A stretch of 64,000 nucleotides of DNA from Alphaproteobacteria bacterium (GTDB lineage Bacteria > Pseudomonadota > Alphaproteobacteria > MPNO01 > UBA830), in contig OZ251539.1 of the NCBI GenBank assembly GCA_965243135.1, positions 4,480,001 to 4,544,000 of the forward strand, in the 5' to 3' direction. How positions within the stretch are numbered: position 1 is the first letter of the stretch; each line of letters opens with the position of its first letter. Both the position numbers and the translations under genes were made by a program. Below, piece after piece: positions 48,654 to 59,107 of the stretch. The notes beneath the pieces are model-generated. The model made no database searches and was not told the DNA's origin. It saw only the letters and a program-made list of their open reading frames with translations.

Positions 48654-51471
48654 ATGCTCGATGAAGCGCCGAAAGACCGACTTCATCTTCCTGATTTGTC
48701 GATTACAGATTTTCGCGGTCTAAAGGATCTGATCATTCCGAAGCTTGGCCGCGTGACCTTGATTGCCGGGAAAAATGGCGTCGGCAAGACAACCGTGCTC
48801 GACGCGGTACGCGTCTATGCCGCCCGCGGCGATTATTCAGCCCTTCTGAAAGTGTTGCAAGACCGGGATGAAATTTCGCTCCGAGCGGACGCAGATGACG
48901 ACGACGTTTTCGAACCGGACTGGAACTCGCTTTTCTTCGGAAGGAACGGATCGGATAATGCTTGCATCTTGATCGGACCAAACGAGGAAGAAAGAAAACT
49001 GCGGATTAGAATCGGATCTGCCAGAGAGCAAACCCAAGAAAAATTATTCGGTATTTCGCAGGGCGAAAAAATTCGAACAATTAAGGTTAAGTTTGAAGGC
49101 GAAGAACAAGAATTTCCAATGATTTATTCGAAGAAAAATTTGTCTCTCTATAGAGACCTTCTTGGCCAGGTTAGTTTTGAGCAAAAAACCAATCGGTCGT
49201 CTGAAATGACATGTAATTCTTTAGGACTAGGACCTTCGAATAATAGAGATCTCGCACGATTTTGGGATAACGTTGCGCTTACGCCCAACGAAGATAGAGT
49301 AGTAAAATCATTGAAACTAATACTTAACGAAGATATAGAGCGAATTGCAATACGAGCCGGGTGCAGATCTATTTTTGCCAAACTCTTTGTTTTTATTTAC
49401 GGAATCGGGATTTCCGCCGTCAGGCCGCGATGACGTGCAACGCCTGATTGTCGTTCGCAGCCCCAGTCATCGCCCGCCACGCCGACTCGAAGCGACCCGA
49501 CCTTATCAGCGCTCTGAGGGTGAGGACGTTCTGACCGCCTTCGATGCTCCAGCGCATGCCGGCCCGCTTCATGCGCTGGTTGACCAGCACCTTGTTGGCG
49601 GCTTCCACGACGCCCGACCCAATTGCGTAGCCGCCGGCCCTGAGGCTCGCGTAGCGCATGCGGCGCCTGTGCTTGCGGAAAAACCTGAGCTCGCGCCCGA
49701 GAACCTTGATCGCCGTTTCCGTCGTCGCCTTGTCGCGGAGATAGCGGATCGCCGACCTTGTCGACGCCGTCGGCGTCGTCGCGCAGGACGGCGCGGTACT
49801 TTTCGTACCAGCTGCTTGCGACCGCATGGTCGGAGACTTCGTTGAGATGTTCGCACGCATGGAAAAAATCGACCGCCCGCTCGTCGGGCTGGAGCTCGTC
49901 GAGAAACGTCCAGTTGTCGGGCGCGGCGTCGGCAACGGCGACCACCTTCAGGTCGGGCCGCACCTTACGGATGTGGGCGACCTCTTCGGCGAGTTGCGCC
50001 TTCAGCGTCGCCTTGCCGGCCTCCGGCATTCGCCCAAAACTGAGCGTTTTCAAGCGATTGCCTTCCGCGTCCTGGAAACTGACCGTTCCGCAGGACGCCT
50101 CGCGCCAGCACGCTTCTTCGTCCCCGTCCGGGCGAAGCGAAACCATCACACCATCAAGCGAAACGGCGCAGGAAACCGCCTCCTCCGGCACCGTTTCCGC
50201 CTCGCGGATGCTTTCCATGGCTTCCCGCCCCTTTTCCTTCCAGAGACTGCCCGTCGTCTCCAACAGACGCGTGGCTCGACGACGGGTTCATGCCCCCCAA
50301 CTCCTCGAAGAGTTTGGCCGTTTCCTGCGGCGTGCAGTGGTCCAGGAGCAGAAGAGCGCGATAAGCGGCCGGGTTCGTGAGATAGCCGCAGGCCCAGGTC
50401 GTTGTCGACCGGCGAGAACGACCCATCTTCCGAGCGATATCGCGTCCGGAAATACCGGACCGGACCGAACAGCGTGTGGACGGTCTTCTGCGTCCGCGCA
50501 GCCCGATAGAAGACTTTGTCGTCCTTGTGAATCGGGCCTCCCCTCTCGTCCCGGTCCTCGATGTATTTGCAAATCACCGTCCGGCACAGCGCAGCGACCT
50601 GCTTACCTAACCCAAGCTCGAAATCGGCGAACGCCTCGGGACCCTCCCCCTCGGACCCCGCCTTGAGGAAGGCTCCCCGAATGCCTTGGCGGTCGCGGCT
50701 CCTTTCTCGACGATGGACGCGAAAGACCGCACCGCCTCGGCCGCCGCCGGGGAGAGCCTGGAAAGATCGATGGACAAACCGTTCGAAGACTGCGAGACTG
50801 ACATGGGAATGCTCCTGATGTTGTGGGGTCAAGCCAACATTCTGCCGCATTTAGCGGTCAGGAGCATTCTTTTTTTCCTCCTCCGGCCCCGCTGTCGTGA
50901 CAAAATCCGCGTCTGGAACGGTGATTTGTCACGAAATCGTTGATTTCGTCCTTGAAGCGTCGCAACTAGTACTCAAATAATTGTTGAAAATCAACATGTT
51001 GCGGATTTCCCGTTTGGCAATATCAGACCTGCACCCATACGAGCCGAAGAAAGAAGATCGAGGGAACGAACTGGCAATAGAATTATGGTGAAGGCGGCCG
51101 GCTACGATAGGCCTATACCCTTAAAAAGCTTGGGAGACGGAGTGGCTCGCGTGTTCGGCATTGCTCTGGCTTTGGTGTGCAGTCGCGATGGTTTCGTGCT
51201 TATCGATGAAGTGGAAAATGGCATCCATCATGCGGCGGAGTATGAATTCTGGCGTATGGTTCTGACTACGGCAAAGCAAAACAACGTGCAAGTTTTCGCC
51301 ACGACGCACGGATGGGATTGCGTGGTCAGATTCGCGCAAGCCGCCAAAGAGATCGACGATGTTGAAGGGTCATTGATTCGTTTAGATGAGAAAAATGGCG
51401 GTGTTCGAGCGGTCCACTATTCGACAACCGATCTTGAAACGGCGTCTAGTTTGGGTATAGAAGTGAGGTAA
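48654..51471 (+). pseudogene. AAA_21/ABC-type ATPase interrupted by an IS
   Basis: N half has FRGL and GKNGVGKT; C half has SLGDG, LIDEVENGIH and QVFATTH; removing the IS plus one TSD copy restores ..ERIAIRAEERRS..IMVK in frame. Confidence 0.9.
49359..51036 (-). mobile_element. ISKra4-family IS with frameshifted transposase
   Basis: 24-bp imperfect TIRs (gggtgcagatct../..agacctgcaccc); 9-bp TSD atacgagcc (49350-49358, 51037-51045); SLDG, DFFHA, IGSGVVEAA..RMKRAGMRW. Confidence 0.9.
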
Positions 51472-51758
51472 GCGTTCGCTCGTCAAGTGATGGTCTTTTT
51501 TTGAGGAGCCGCCTTCGGTCCCGGGTTCGGCCTGACTTCCTTGACCGGGTACGGCGGCGGCGCGCCACGTCCGGCAGGTAGCCCGGCAACAGGTTTTGGC
51601 GCAGCGTCTCGCGGGCGGCGTGGCCTGTCCAGCCGGACAATATTTTTTGCTGGAAACCGGACTTTAGTTCTTGTGCGCCATGGCGTTCGAATCTGCAGGC
51701 GCACTTCCCGGAACCGGGCTGTCGGGCGACGGTCAGACTCCACCTGCGTCGTTGCTCC

Positions 51759-51820
51759 GGGCGAACGCGGCTCTCGTCCGGGAGAACGCGGCTCTCGTCC
51801 GGGCGAACGCGGCTCTCCTT
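51759..51820 (+). repeat. 21-bp tandem repeat x3 (heptad RxNAALV) in the TnpC coiled coil
   Basis: ggg(c/a)gaacgcggctctcgtcc repeated. Confidence 0.85.
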
Positions 51821-53331
51821 CGGAAGATTGTAGAGCGCGACCGGGCACTGGAGAGAGCGATGCAGGAGGCGAGGGAATGGCGGGACCGTTTCCGCCGGAC
51901 GCAGGCCAGGGACCTGAGGAAGAGACGCAGGGCGTCGCCGGCAAAACCGGGAGCTGCCGTCGTAGAGAGCGTGAAGGCCCGCAACCGCAGGCTCGCTCGG
52001 GATCTGTACGGGCGCAGCAGCGAGCGGCCGCCCGCGGCCTCCGGCGGACGCCGGGGTCGCCGTTCGGGAACGCCGTCGCACGGCCGCACGCCGTTTCCGG
52101 ACCTGCCCGTCCGCGAGGAGGATTCGGTCCCGGACGATCGCAAGTGCAAGGACTGCGGCAAGTCCTGGGTCTCGAACGGCTACAACGAGACGTACGTCCT
52201 CGAGTACAAGATCGTCCCCTACGTTCGGCATGTTCGGCGACCTGCGCCCGGCCTGCGCCTGCAGGCGGGAAAAGGAGATCGTCGGTCCGGCCCCGGAGCG
52301 GGTGTTTCACCCGATACGGAGTGTCCGTCTGGGCGTTCATCCTGGCGGAGAGGTTCGGGCAGCATCGTCCGTTGCGTTCGGTCTGCCGCGCGTTGCGCCA
52401 GCACGGGCTTCCGATCGCGCCCGGCACGCTGGCGGATGCGCAGCGACGCCTGCTGCCGCTGTTCGAGCAGCTCGACGAAGAGAGCTCCCGGCATCTGTGG
52501 GAAGCTCCGGTCGTCAACGGCGATGAAACGGGGTGGCGGATACGAGAGCTGGGCGAGAAAGACGGCGGCAGCGCCCGCGCCTGGGTGTGGATCGCCCGGT
52601 CCCACGACGCGACGCGCACCGTCATTCTGCCGTCGCGCAGCGCGGAAGCCGCCCGCGAACTGTTCGGGGGCCTCGGCTCGCCCGAGCAGGCGGCCTACCT
52701 GGTCTGCGACCGTTACTCCGCCTACCGGAAACTGGCGCGCGACATGGATGGCGACATCGTCCTTTCCTGGGCCCATGCCAGACGAGACTTCGTCAACCTC
52801 GAGACCGGCTACCCGAACCTCGCGCCGTTCGCCCGGAAGTGGGTCGGTCACATCGCGAAGTTGTACCGGTTCAACTCCGAGCGTCTGGCGAACGACGCGA
52901 CCGCCCAGCGACGGCTTGCAAGGTTCGCCGAAGCGTTCTTCGCGGCAGCGAAAAAGGCGCGGGACGCGCTCCCGGAGAGCGCGGCGCAACGCGGCCCTCT
53001 GGACTCCCTGGTGCGCCACCGCGACGGTCTGACCGTGTTCGTGGACAACGCGTCCGTTCCCATGGACAACAACGCCGCCGAGCGCGGCATTGCGGTCGGC
53101 CGCAAGCTCTCGTTCGGGTCGCACAGCGTGGACGGAGCGCGGCTGGCCGGCATGCTGTATTCCATCTTCGGCACGCTCGAGATGAACGGCGTCTCGCCTT
53201 ACCCTTGGCTGTTCGCCTGCTGCCTGCGCCCGGCACGGCGGCCCGCCGCCGGAAGGTCCGGCCGCCTGGCTGCCGTGGGGCGCGGACGAAGAGCGCCTCC
53301 GTTCCTGGAGGACCGCTCTCCCCCAGGGACC

Positions 53332-54198
53332 GTGAACGTCGGCCCCCGCCGCTACTGCGGGCGCGACTTCTCCGAGGACGAGCTTGGCGCGATCCGCGCC
53401 TTGATCGAAAGGGGCGGTCTCACCCGCCGGGCGTTGTCGCGGGAGGTCTGCCGGCTTCTCGACTGGCGCAAGCCCGACGGCGGTCTCAAGGACATGAGCG
53501 CGCGCGTCGCCATGCTGCGCATGCACGGCCTGATCGTCTTGCCGCCGCCAAGGCAAGCGCCGTCCGTCCGCCGTCCGCCCGTGCCCGGTCCCGCGACCGA
53601 CCAGCCCCTGGTCCCGACCCCCGAACGTCTCGCCGACGTCCAACCCGTCGTTGTCGATCCCTGCCGGAACGCGAACGAAGGCCGCCTCTGGAACGAGTTC
53701 GTCGCTCGCTATCATTACCTCGGCCACTCGACGCTGCCCGGCGCGCAGATGCGCTACTTCGTCCGGGCCGCCGACGGCGAAGCCCTCGCCGTCCTCGGCT
53801 TCGGCGCCGCAGCCTGGAAGATCGCGCCGCGGGACAAGTGCGTGGGGTGGGACCCCGAAGCCCGCCGCCGCAACCTGCCGCTGGTGGTCAACAACGCCAG
53901 ATTCCTGATCCTGCCTTGGGTTCGAATCAAGAACCTCGCGTCCCATGTCCTCACCCTGGTCGAACGGCGGCTGCCCGACGACTGGGAGTCCCGCTATGCA
54001 TTGCGTCCGGTCCTGCTCGAGACCTTCTGCGAAACGCCGCGATTCGCAGGAACCTGCTACCGGGCCACCAACTGGATCAAGGTCGGCGCGACCCAGGGCC
54101 GCGGCAAACTCGATACCCGGCGCGAATGCGCTCTCCCGGTCAAGGACATCTGGCTGAAGCCCCTGCGGCGGGACTGGAGGCGGATCCTCAAAAAATAG
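53332..54198 (+). CDS. DUF4338 (DruA-like domain) protein inside the IS66 element
   Basis: RYHYLG, NNARFLILPWV..NLASHVL, LLETF..F.GTCYRATNW..G.TQGRG; GTGA overlap with the original TnpC stop. Confidence 0.85.
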   Translation: MNVGPRRYCGRDFSEDELGAIRALIERGGLTRRALSREVCRLLDWRKPDGGLKDMSARVAMLRMHGLIVLPPPRQAPSVRRPPVPGPATDQPLVPTPERLADVQPVVVDPCRNANEGRLWNEFVARYHYLGHSTLPGAQMRYFVRAADGEALAVLGFGAAAWKIAPRDKCVGWDPEARRRNLPLVVNNARFLILPWVRIKNLASHVLTLVERRLPDDWESRYALRPVLLETFCETPRFAGTCYRATNWIKVGATQGRGKLDTRRECALPVKDIWLKPLRRDWRRILKK

Positions 54199-54238
54199 AC
54201 CGTCACTTGACGAGCGAACGCTTACGAAGTGAGGTAAT

Positions 54239-54862
54239 ATGATTGCCAGTCCAAATAGAAGTGAAAAAATTCTTCTTGTCGAAGGAAAAGACGACGAACA
54301 CGTCATCAGACATGTGGTCTTCAAGCTCGGTTTGGAAACTTCGTTTGAGATAATAGACACGGAAGGGGAAGGGATATTTGATGCAATTAGCGTTGGATTA
54401 AGGAGACCCGATCTAGAGACTATTGGCATCGTGGCGGACGCCGATAACAATTTGCCCGGAAGATGGCAAGCCATAGTGAACAGAATACAGGAAACCAAAC
54501 GTAATCCCGAAATTCCGGAAGGACCTCGCGAGGAGGGCGTAATTGTCAACTCGGAACCGCGCATAGGGATCTGGTTGATGCCTGACAATAGTAGACCGGG
54601 AGAAATCGAAGATTTCGTTGCCAGCATGATCCCGGAAAACGATCCTGTATGGCCGAGAGCGGAGCGATATATTCGAGACATTCCGTCAAAGTACCTAAAA
54701 AGCAAAATCTCCAAGGCCAAGCTTTATGCGTGGTTAGCCACGCGAGAAACTCTAGGACGAATGGGGACCGCTATCGGGGCGGGAGCGCTTCGCACGGATG
54801 GAGAAAGGACTCAAATTTTCGGACAGTGGCTTCGAGAGCTGTTCAATCTATCGGATCTCTAA
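54239..54862 (+). CDS. DUF3226 TOPRIM-like protein
   Basis: LLVEGKDD, IVADAD, GIWLMPDN..GEIEDF, SKA..YAWLA. Confidence 0.85.
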   Translation: MIASPNRSEKILLVEGKDDEHVIRHVVFKLGLETSFEIIDTEGEGIFDAISVGLRRPDLETIGIVADADNNLPGRWQAIVNRIQETKRNPEIPEGPREEGVIVNSEPRIGIWLMPDNSRPGEIEDFVASMIPENDPVWPRAERYIRDIPSKYLKSKISKAKLYAWLATRETLGRMGTAIGAGALRTDGERTQIFGQWLRELFNLSDL

Positions 54863-55861
54863 TCCTCAGATTGATCCATACGTCGAATACAATAGACGTT
54901 TTGCTGAAAGACGTTGATATCACCGCGACTTGAAACGCGTCCCGCACCGAACCGCGTATTGGGCCGCTTTCGAAACAGCCGGCAATAGATGCAAGTCTAG
55001 ACACCTCGAAAGGGCCTATCACGTTGAGCCAACTGGCGACGGAATGTCCTTCCTAGAGGCGTTGAATACCGTGGTCGAGTGGACTGGTTTGGTCGTCGAA
55101 GACCGCACCAATCATTTGCATAACGAGCCCATGTAGATGTGATCTTTTGCGCAATGACGCGCTTCGCTAGTTGCATCTTGAGATAGTCGTGCCCGGCACG
55201 GAGTGCCTGTAACAGGATCGTCACTCGGCACGAAGCACACAAGCGCGTTCCTGAGCTTTGCAGATGTACTGTATGCCTGTGCCACCCTGCCACCGGCTTG
55301 CTTAGATATTCCTTTATACGATCATCCTTGCGCTCAAAAGGTATCGATTTCACGTTGCCGTGCGAACCGATCAAAATCCCTGACGAAGCAACGGGTCATC
55401 GGCACCATGAGCACGGATTACGGTACAGGGTTGTCGTGGCGGAAGAAGCATGATACCTTCGATCCAGCCTATAGTAGGGGAGCGTAAACGTTCCGGCAAA
55501 GGCGGTCGACGCACTCCAATATCGTATAACAAAACTTCGGAAATTACCGGCGCTATCTTTGAGATATGAACTCTAGAAATTTCCCACATGGCAAAGGCTA
55601 CTTACGCCTTCGTGCGACTATGAACGCGGCTTTAACCACAGAGCGGAACAGCGACTGGAGTCCTGTCTCGGGGCGTACATACCTCGTAGATCTAAGGCGA
55701 AGCCTCGCTAGAATCGAAAAAAAGCGCTTACCTTCAAAATCCACGGATCCGGCCACACATATCTGATAACTAATTGAGTTTCATTTGACCGCTAACCGGG
55801 CGGCAGTGATGCTGCACAAGTTTAACAAATACCGAGCGTTGGCGCTTCAGAAACTACGCGT

Positions 55862-56758
55862 TTATGCGAACCCGATCTCCTTCATGAAGGCGCAAACCAA
55901 TTCCACGCACGCTTCAGGCTGTTCGATCTGCAGGAAATGACCCGATCCCCGCACGCATTCGTACGTCCATCCGCACTCGTCCCGAAGCGCCAAGGCCGCC
56001 CGTCCCGGCGGGGAATCGCCCTCCGGATCGCTTGCGACGATCATCACTGGACCGGGAAAGGCGTCGGCCTGAGGCCACATGCGCAGCGCGGCGTTTTGCT
56101 TGTAGATGTCCGCCTCGAGCGAACCTGGACACGACAGCGTCCAGGCGCTTCCGTCCCGCCGGAGCACGGCACGCGCCATCAGGTCGTAGGCTCCGTCCAC
56201 CCAGCCCGACAACATGCGCGAGCCGGAGAAATGCTCTGCCAGTTCCGACGGATCGTCGAACCGTGAGGGTCGCTCTTCGGCCCAGAGCCACAGCAGACGT
56301 TCAAGCGCGATCATGTCGTCGTGCAGCGCATGGCCCTCCGGCGGCACCATGGGAGGGTCGAACACGACCAGCCCGTCGAGCCGCCAGTCCACCTCCAGCG
56401 CGTATCTGAGGTTCGTGCGCGCCGACATGGAATGGAACGCGCCAAGCTGGGGCTTCGGACCGAATTCCCGATCTATCGCGTCGTACACCGCCGTCATGTC
56501 CAGCAGAAACCGGTCGAAGTCGTGCGCGCCGTCATGCGGCGGGTTCCGGCCGTAATGGCGGAAGTCGAACGCGACGACCTCGAAATCCCGGAGCAGCGAA
56601 CGCCAGAACGGAAAATAGCCGTCAACGGCGCAGCCGTTGCCATGACTCAGAATCACGCGCGGCGCGTTCGCGTTTCCGTGCCTGCGGAGACGGATCACCG
56701 CCCCGTCGTCCATCGCGGCATCGTACGCTCCCGTCGGTTCCGGAACTATGAAGCGCAA
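55862..56758 (-). CDS. Alpha/beta hydrolase
   Basis: SHGNG, FDFRHYG, FHSMS nucleophile elbow, GHFLQIEQP. Confidence 0.85.
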   Translation of the reverse strand: MRFIVPEPTGAYDAAMDDGAVIRLRRHGNANAPRVILSHGNGCAVDGYFPFWRSLLRDFEVVAFDFRHYGRNPPHDGAHDFDRFLLDMTAVYDAIDREFGPKPQLGAFHSMSARTNLRYALEVDWRLDGLVVFDPPMVPPEGHALHDDMIALERLLWLWAEERPSRFDDPSELAEHFSGSRMLSGWVDGAYDLMARAVLRRDGSAWTLSCPGSLEADIYKQNAALRMWPQADAFPGPVMIVASDPEGDSPPGRAALALRDECGWTYECVRGSGHFLQIEQPEACVELVCAFMKEIGFA

Positions 56759-56923
56759 ACCGCCGCCCGCCGTTCAATTAGGTGAAGGCGCGAAACAGAC
56801 CAGATTGCCCGAAGGCTGTCAAAACGCCGACGCGGGCGACGGAACCGAAAGCCCGGAAAAGCCGTTCCGGCCGCATGTCGTTTGATTCTATGCGCCGCCC
56901 CCGGAAGCCGTTAGGGTTGACCG

Positions 56924-57355
56924 ATGGATATGCAGAGCTTCATCGTGCGCACCGGGATCCGGTTCTCGTACGAATTGGCGAAAGGAAACCCGGGCGTTCG
57001 CCACCGCAACGCAACGGAAAGTCACGACCACTTTCTGTGCTCGTTGCGCGGGCGAATGCACGAAATGACTTTCCACTTCTCGGTGCCGAGCGACAGCGGT
57101 CCGCCGCAAGCGGAGGATGCGCTGCGTTACCTCGGAGCGCTCGCGGCCGAATACGAAGACTGCGAGGATATCGAAGAGTGGGCCAAGGAGCACGATCTGC
57201 ACCCGAGCGACGCGGAGACCCGCGACGCTTACGAGGCCGTCGCCCGCCTCGCGCGAGATCTCTGGCAGCTGGTCGGCGCCGACCTTTACGCCGAACTCCT
57301 GAAGGAGATCGAGATCGAACAGGCCGTCGACATGACGCTGGCCGGAATCGTCTGA
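56924..57355 (+). CDS. Hypothetical acidic protein
   Basis: 143 aa, protein-like composition. Confidence 0.7.
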   Translation: MDMQSFIVRTGIRFSYELAKGNPGVRHRNATESHDHFLCSLRGRMHEMTFHFSVPSDSGPPQAEDALRYLGALAAEYEDCEDIEEWAKEHDLHPSDAETRDAYEAVARLARDLWQLVGADLYAELLKEIEIEQAVDMTLAGIV

Positions 57356-57776
57356 ACGCATTGTTGCAACCGCTGCGCCGCGTTCCGCAGCGAAACGCCT
57401 GTCCGGGAATGTCTGCCGCTTCCGGCATCCGCGGCCGGTCAACGGCTTGTCTCGCTTCCGCACAGCGGGGCCTGCGCGCGGCCGGAGCTTTCGGATTCCA
57501 CGCCGGACGCACGCAGAGCTCTCGCCGAAGCGCCTATCGGACGAAACCGTTACGGGAAAGTTTTTTCGCCGCGTCGCGAGCGCAGCGGCGAACCCGCCCG
57601 CAACGCGCTTGCGCGTTGCCGGGAGCCGGTGGACGCAAAATCCGATCCCCGCGCCGAGCGGACGCCCGGAAAGCGGCGTCGAACCCTCGTCGACGCGGCC
57701 AGCGTCCAACGCCTCGGGAAGCGGCGACGCCCGCGTCAGAGCGTCTTTCCCCGTTCCGGGGCGGATCGGCCGCCCT

Positions 57777-58481
57777 TCATGCGGAAGGCCGCGACGACTC
57801 GCCGGACAGAATTCGTTTGGCCATGCGCAGCATGGCGTCCATGTGAAACGCCTGTTGCTCCGGCGCATAGCGATATTTTCTGCCGACCGGACAGGCGCGG
57901 CGGGCCATGCAACCGCGATTCCGGCAGTTGCCGCCTTCCGGACCGGCCATGTGCGACACGCAGGCCGGCATGTCGAACCGATCGGGCAGAAACGCATCGA
58001 CGGGGCAAACGTCGAGGCAAGGTTTGCGCTCGCAGGCGTCGCAGGGATTGGCGAAACGCTGGCGGCGCGGCAGCGCCAGCCGGTCCTCGAACGTCAACGC
58101 CGCCCGATACACGTGCCAAAGGCCGAACTCCGGGTGAATCATGATGCCGGTCGGCGACCGGTAGACGGACTCGGCCCGCGCGGCCCAGTCCTGCACCGGG
58201 GGATAAGGAGGACCGTCCGCGGGAAATACGACTGCAGCGCCCGTCTCCGCCGCGACTCCTTCGATTATCGGTCGCAACCAGTTGTCGAGCGGATTCGGTC
58301 CCGAGGCGCCTGAAGCGATGAACGCATCCCACATGGCGGTTCCAGCGTTGCCGATCAGCACCACGGTCTCCGGGCGCTTTCCGTTCGGCAGGTCGGGAAC
58401 GCCATCCGCCCCGGCGGGGTGGAAACCGCCGCGCACGAAGAGACCTTTCGGGGCCAGCAATTCGTCCAGTCTATCGAACAT
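57777..58481 (-). CDS. 4Fe-4S ferredoxin-like protein
   Basis: LIGNAG, IHPEFGLWH.YRAAL, CDAC...C...CP, C...GC..R.ACP. Confidence 0.8.
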   Translation of the reverse strand: MFDRLDELLAPKGLFVRGGFHPAGADGVPDLPNGKRPETVVLIGNAGTAMWDAFIASGASGPNPLDNWLRPIIEGVAAETGAAVVFPADGPPYPPVQDWAARAESVYRSPTGIMIHPEFGLWHVYRAALTFEDRLALPRRQRFANPCDACERKPCLDVCPVDAFLPDRFDMPACVSHMAGPEGGNCRNRGCMARRACPVGRKYRYAPEQQAFHMDAMLRMAKRILSGESSRPSA

Positions 58482-58599
58482 TCCGTATCCGCTGGTGGGA
58501 GCGGCCCTGATCCTATAGGCAGACTGACGAAAATGTTACTGGATAAACTGGCGCCGAACGACCATCTTTCCGATGTCAATCGAATTGGAGGATCCGCCG

Positions 58600-59067
58600 A
58601 TGGCTCGCCCGTCAGTCGCTTCGTTCGTTCTTGCGCTCGGCCTGCTGGCGATGGCGGCTCTGCAGCCTGCCGCAGCCGGCAATATCTGGTTTACCGGCGG
58701 CGAGGCGGCGGTCCGCGGCTACGATACCGTCGCGTATTTCTCCGAGGGCCGGCCCGTCGAGGGAAAGCGGGAATTCACCCATCGCTGGATGGATACGGAG
58801 TGGCGCTTCGCCAGCGCCGTCAACCGCGATCTGTTCGCCGCCGAGCCGGAGAAATACGCTCCTCGATACGGAGGCTGGTGCGCGTGGGCGGTCGCCAACG
58901 GCTACACCGCGCCGACCGATCCGCGCGCCTGGAAGATTGTCGACGGCAGGCTCTATCTGAATTATTCGAAAAGCGTCCAGCGCCAGTGGGACGGCGACAT
59001 TCCCGGCCACATCGCCCGCGGGGACCGCAACTGGCCCGGAATCAGGAAGAACCTCGAGGCGAAGTGA
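58600..59067 (+). CDS. Exported YHS-domain protein
   Basis: Signal peptide; GYDTVAYF, PEKYAPRYGGWCAW, IVDGRLYLN. Confidence 0.9.
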   Translation: MARPSVASFVLALGLLAMAALQPAAAGNIWFTGGEAAVRGYDTVAYFSEGRPVEGKREFTHRWMDTEWRFASAVNRDLFAAEPEKYAPRYGGWCAWAVANGYTAPTDPRAWKIVDGRLYLNYSKSVQRQWDGDIPGHIARGDRNWPGIRKNLEAK

Positions 59068-59107
59068 CGGATGGCGCCGACGGCGCCGAAAAGCTAACTT
59101 CCGCCTC

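Larger units (their letters stand above)
51468..54225 (+). mobile_element. IS66-family element: frameshifted TnpC plus DUF4338 gene
   Basis: 28-bp TIRs starting GTAAGCGTTCGCTCGTCAAGTGA (one mismatch); 8-bp TSD gaagtgag (51460-51467, 54226-54233); GDETGW, DRYSAY, WAHARRDF, DNNAAER. Confidence 0.92.

Noticed and set aside
53332-54198. Complete Druantia defence system
   Set aside because: No DruE helicase or other dru genes; the domain lies inside an IS.
51541-54198. 885-aa TnpC-DUF4338 fusion from the ORF track
   Set aside because: It arises from frameshifts; the native TnpC C-terminus (WLPW..) is in another frame and stops at 53335.
55370-55450. Argonaute-like DEAT..GL.Y fragment
   Set aside because: Too short, needs frameshifts, and has no supporting PIWI motifs.
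58600-59067. YHS protein as a selenoprotein
   Set aside because: It has Cys (GGWCAW) and no in-frame TGA.
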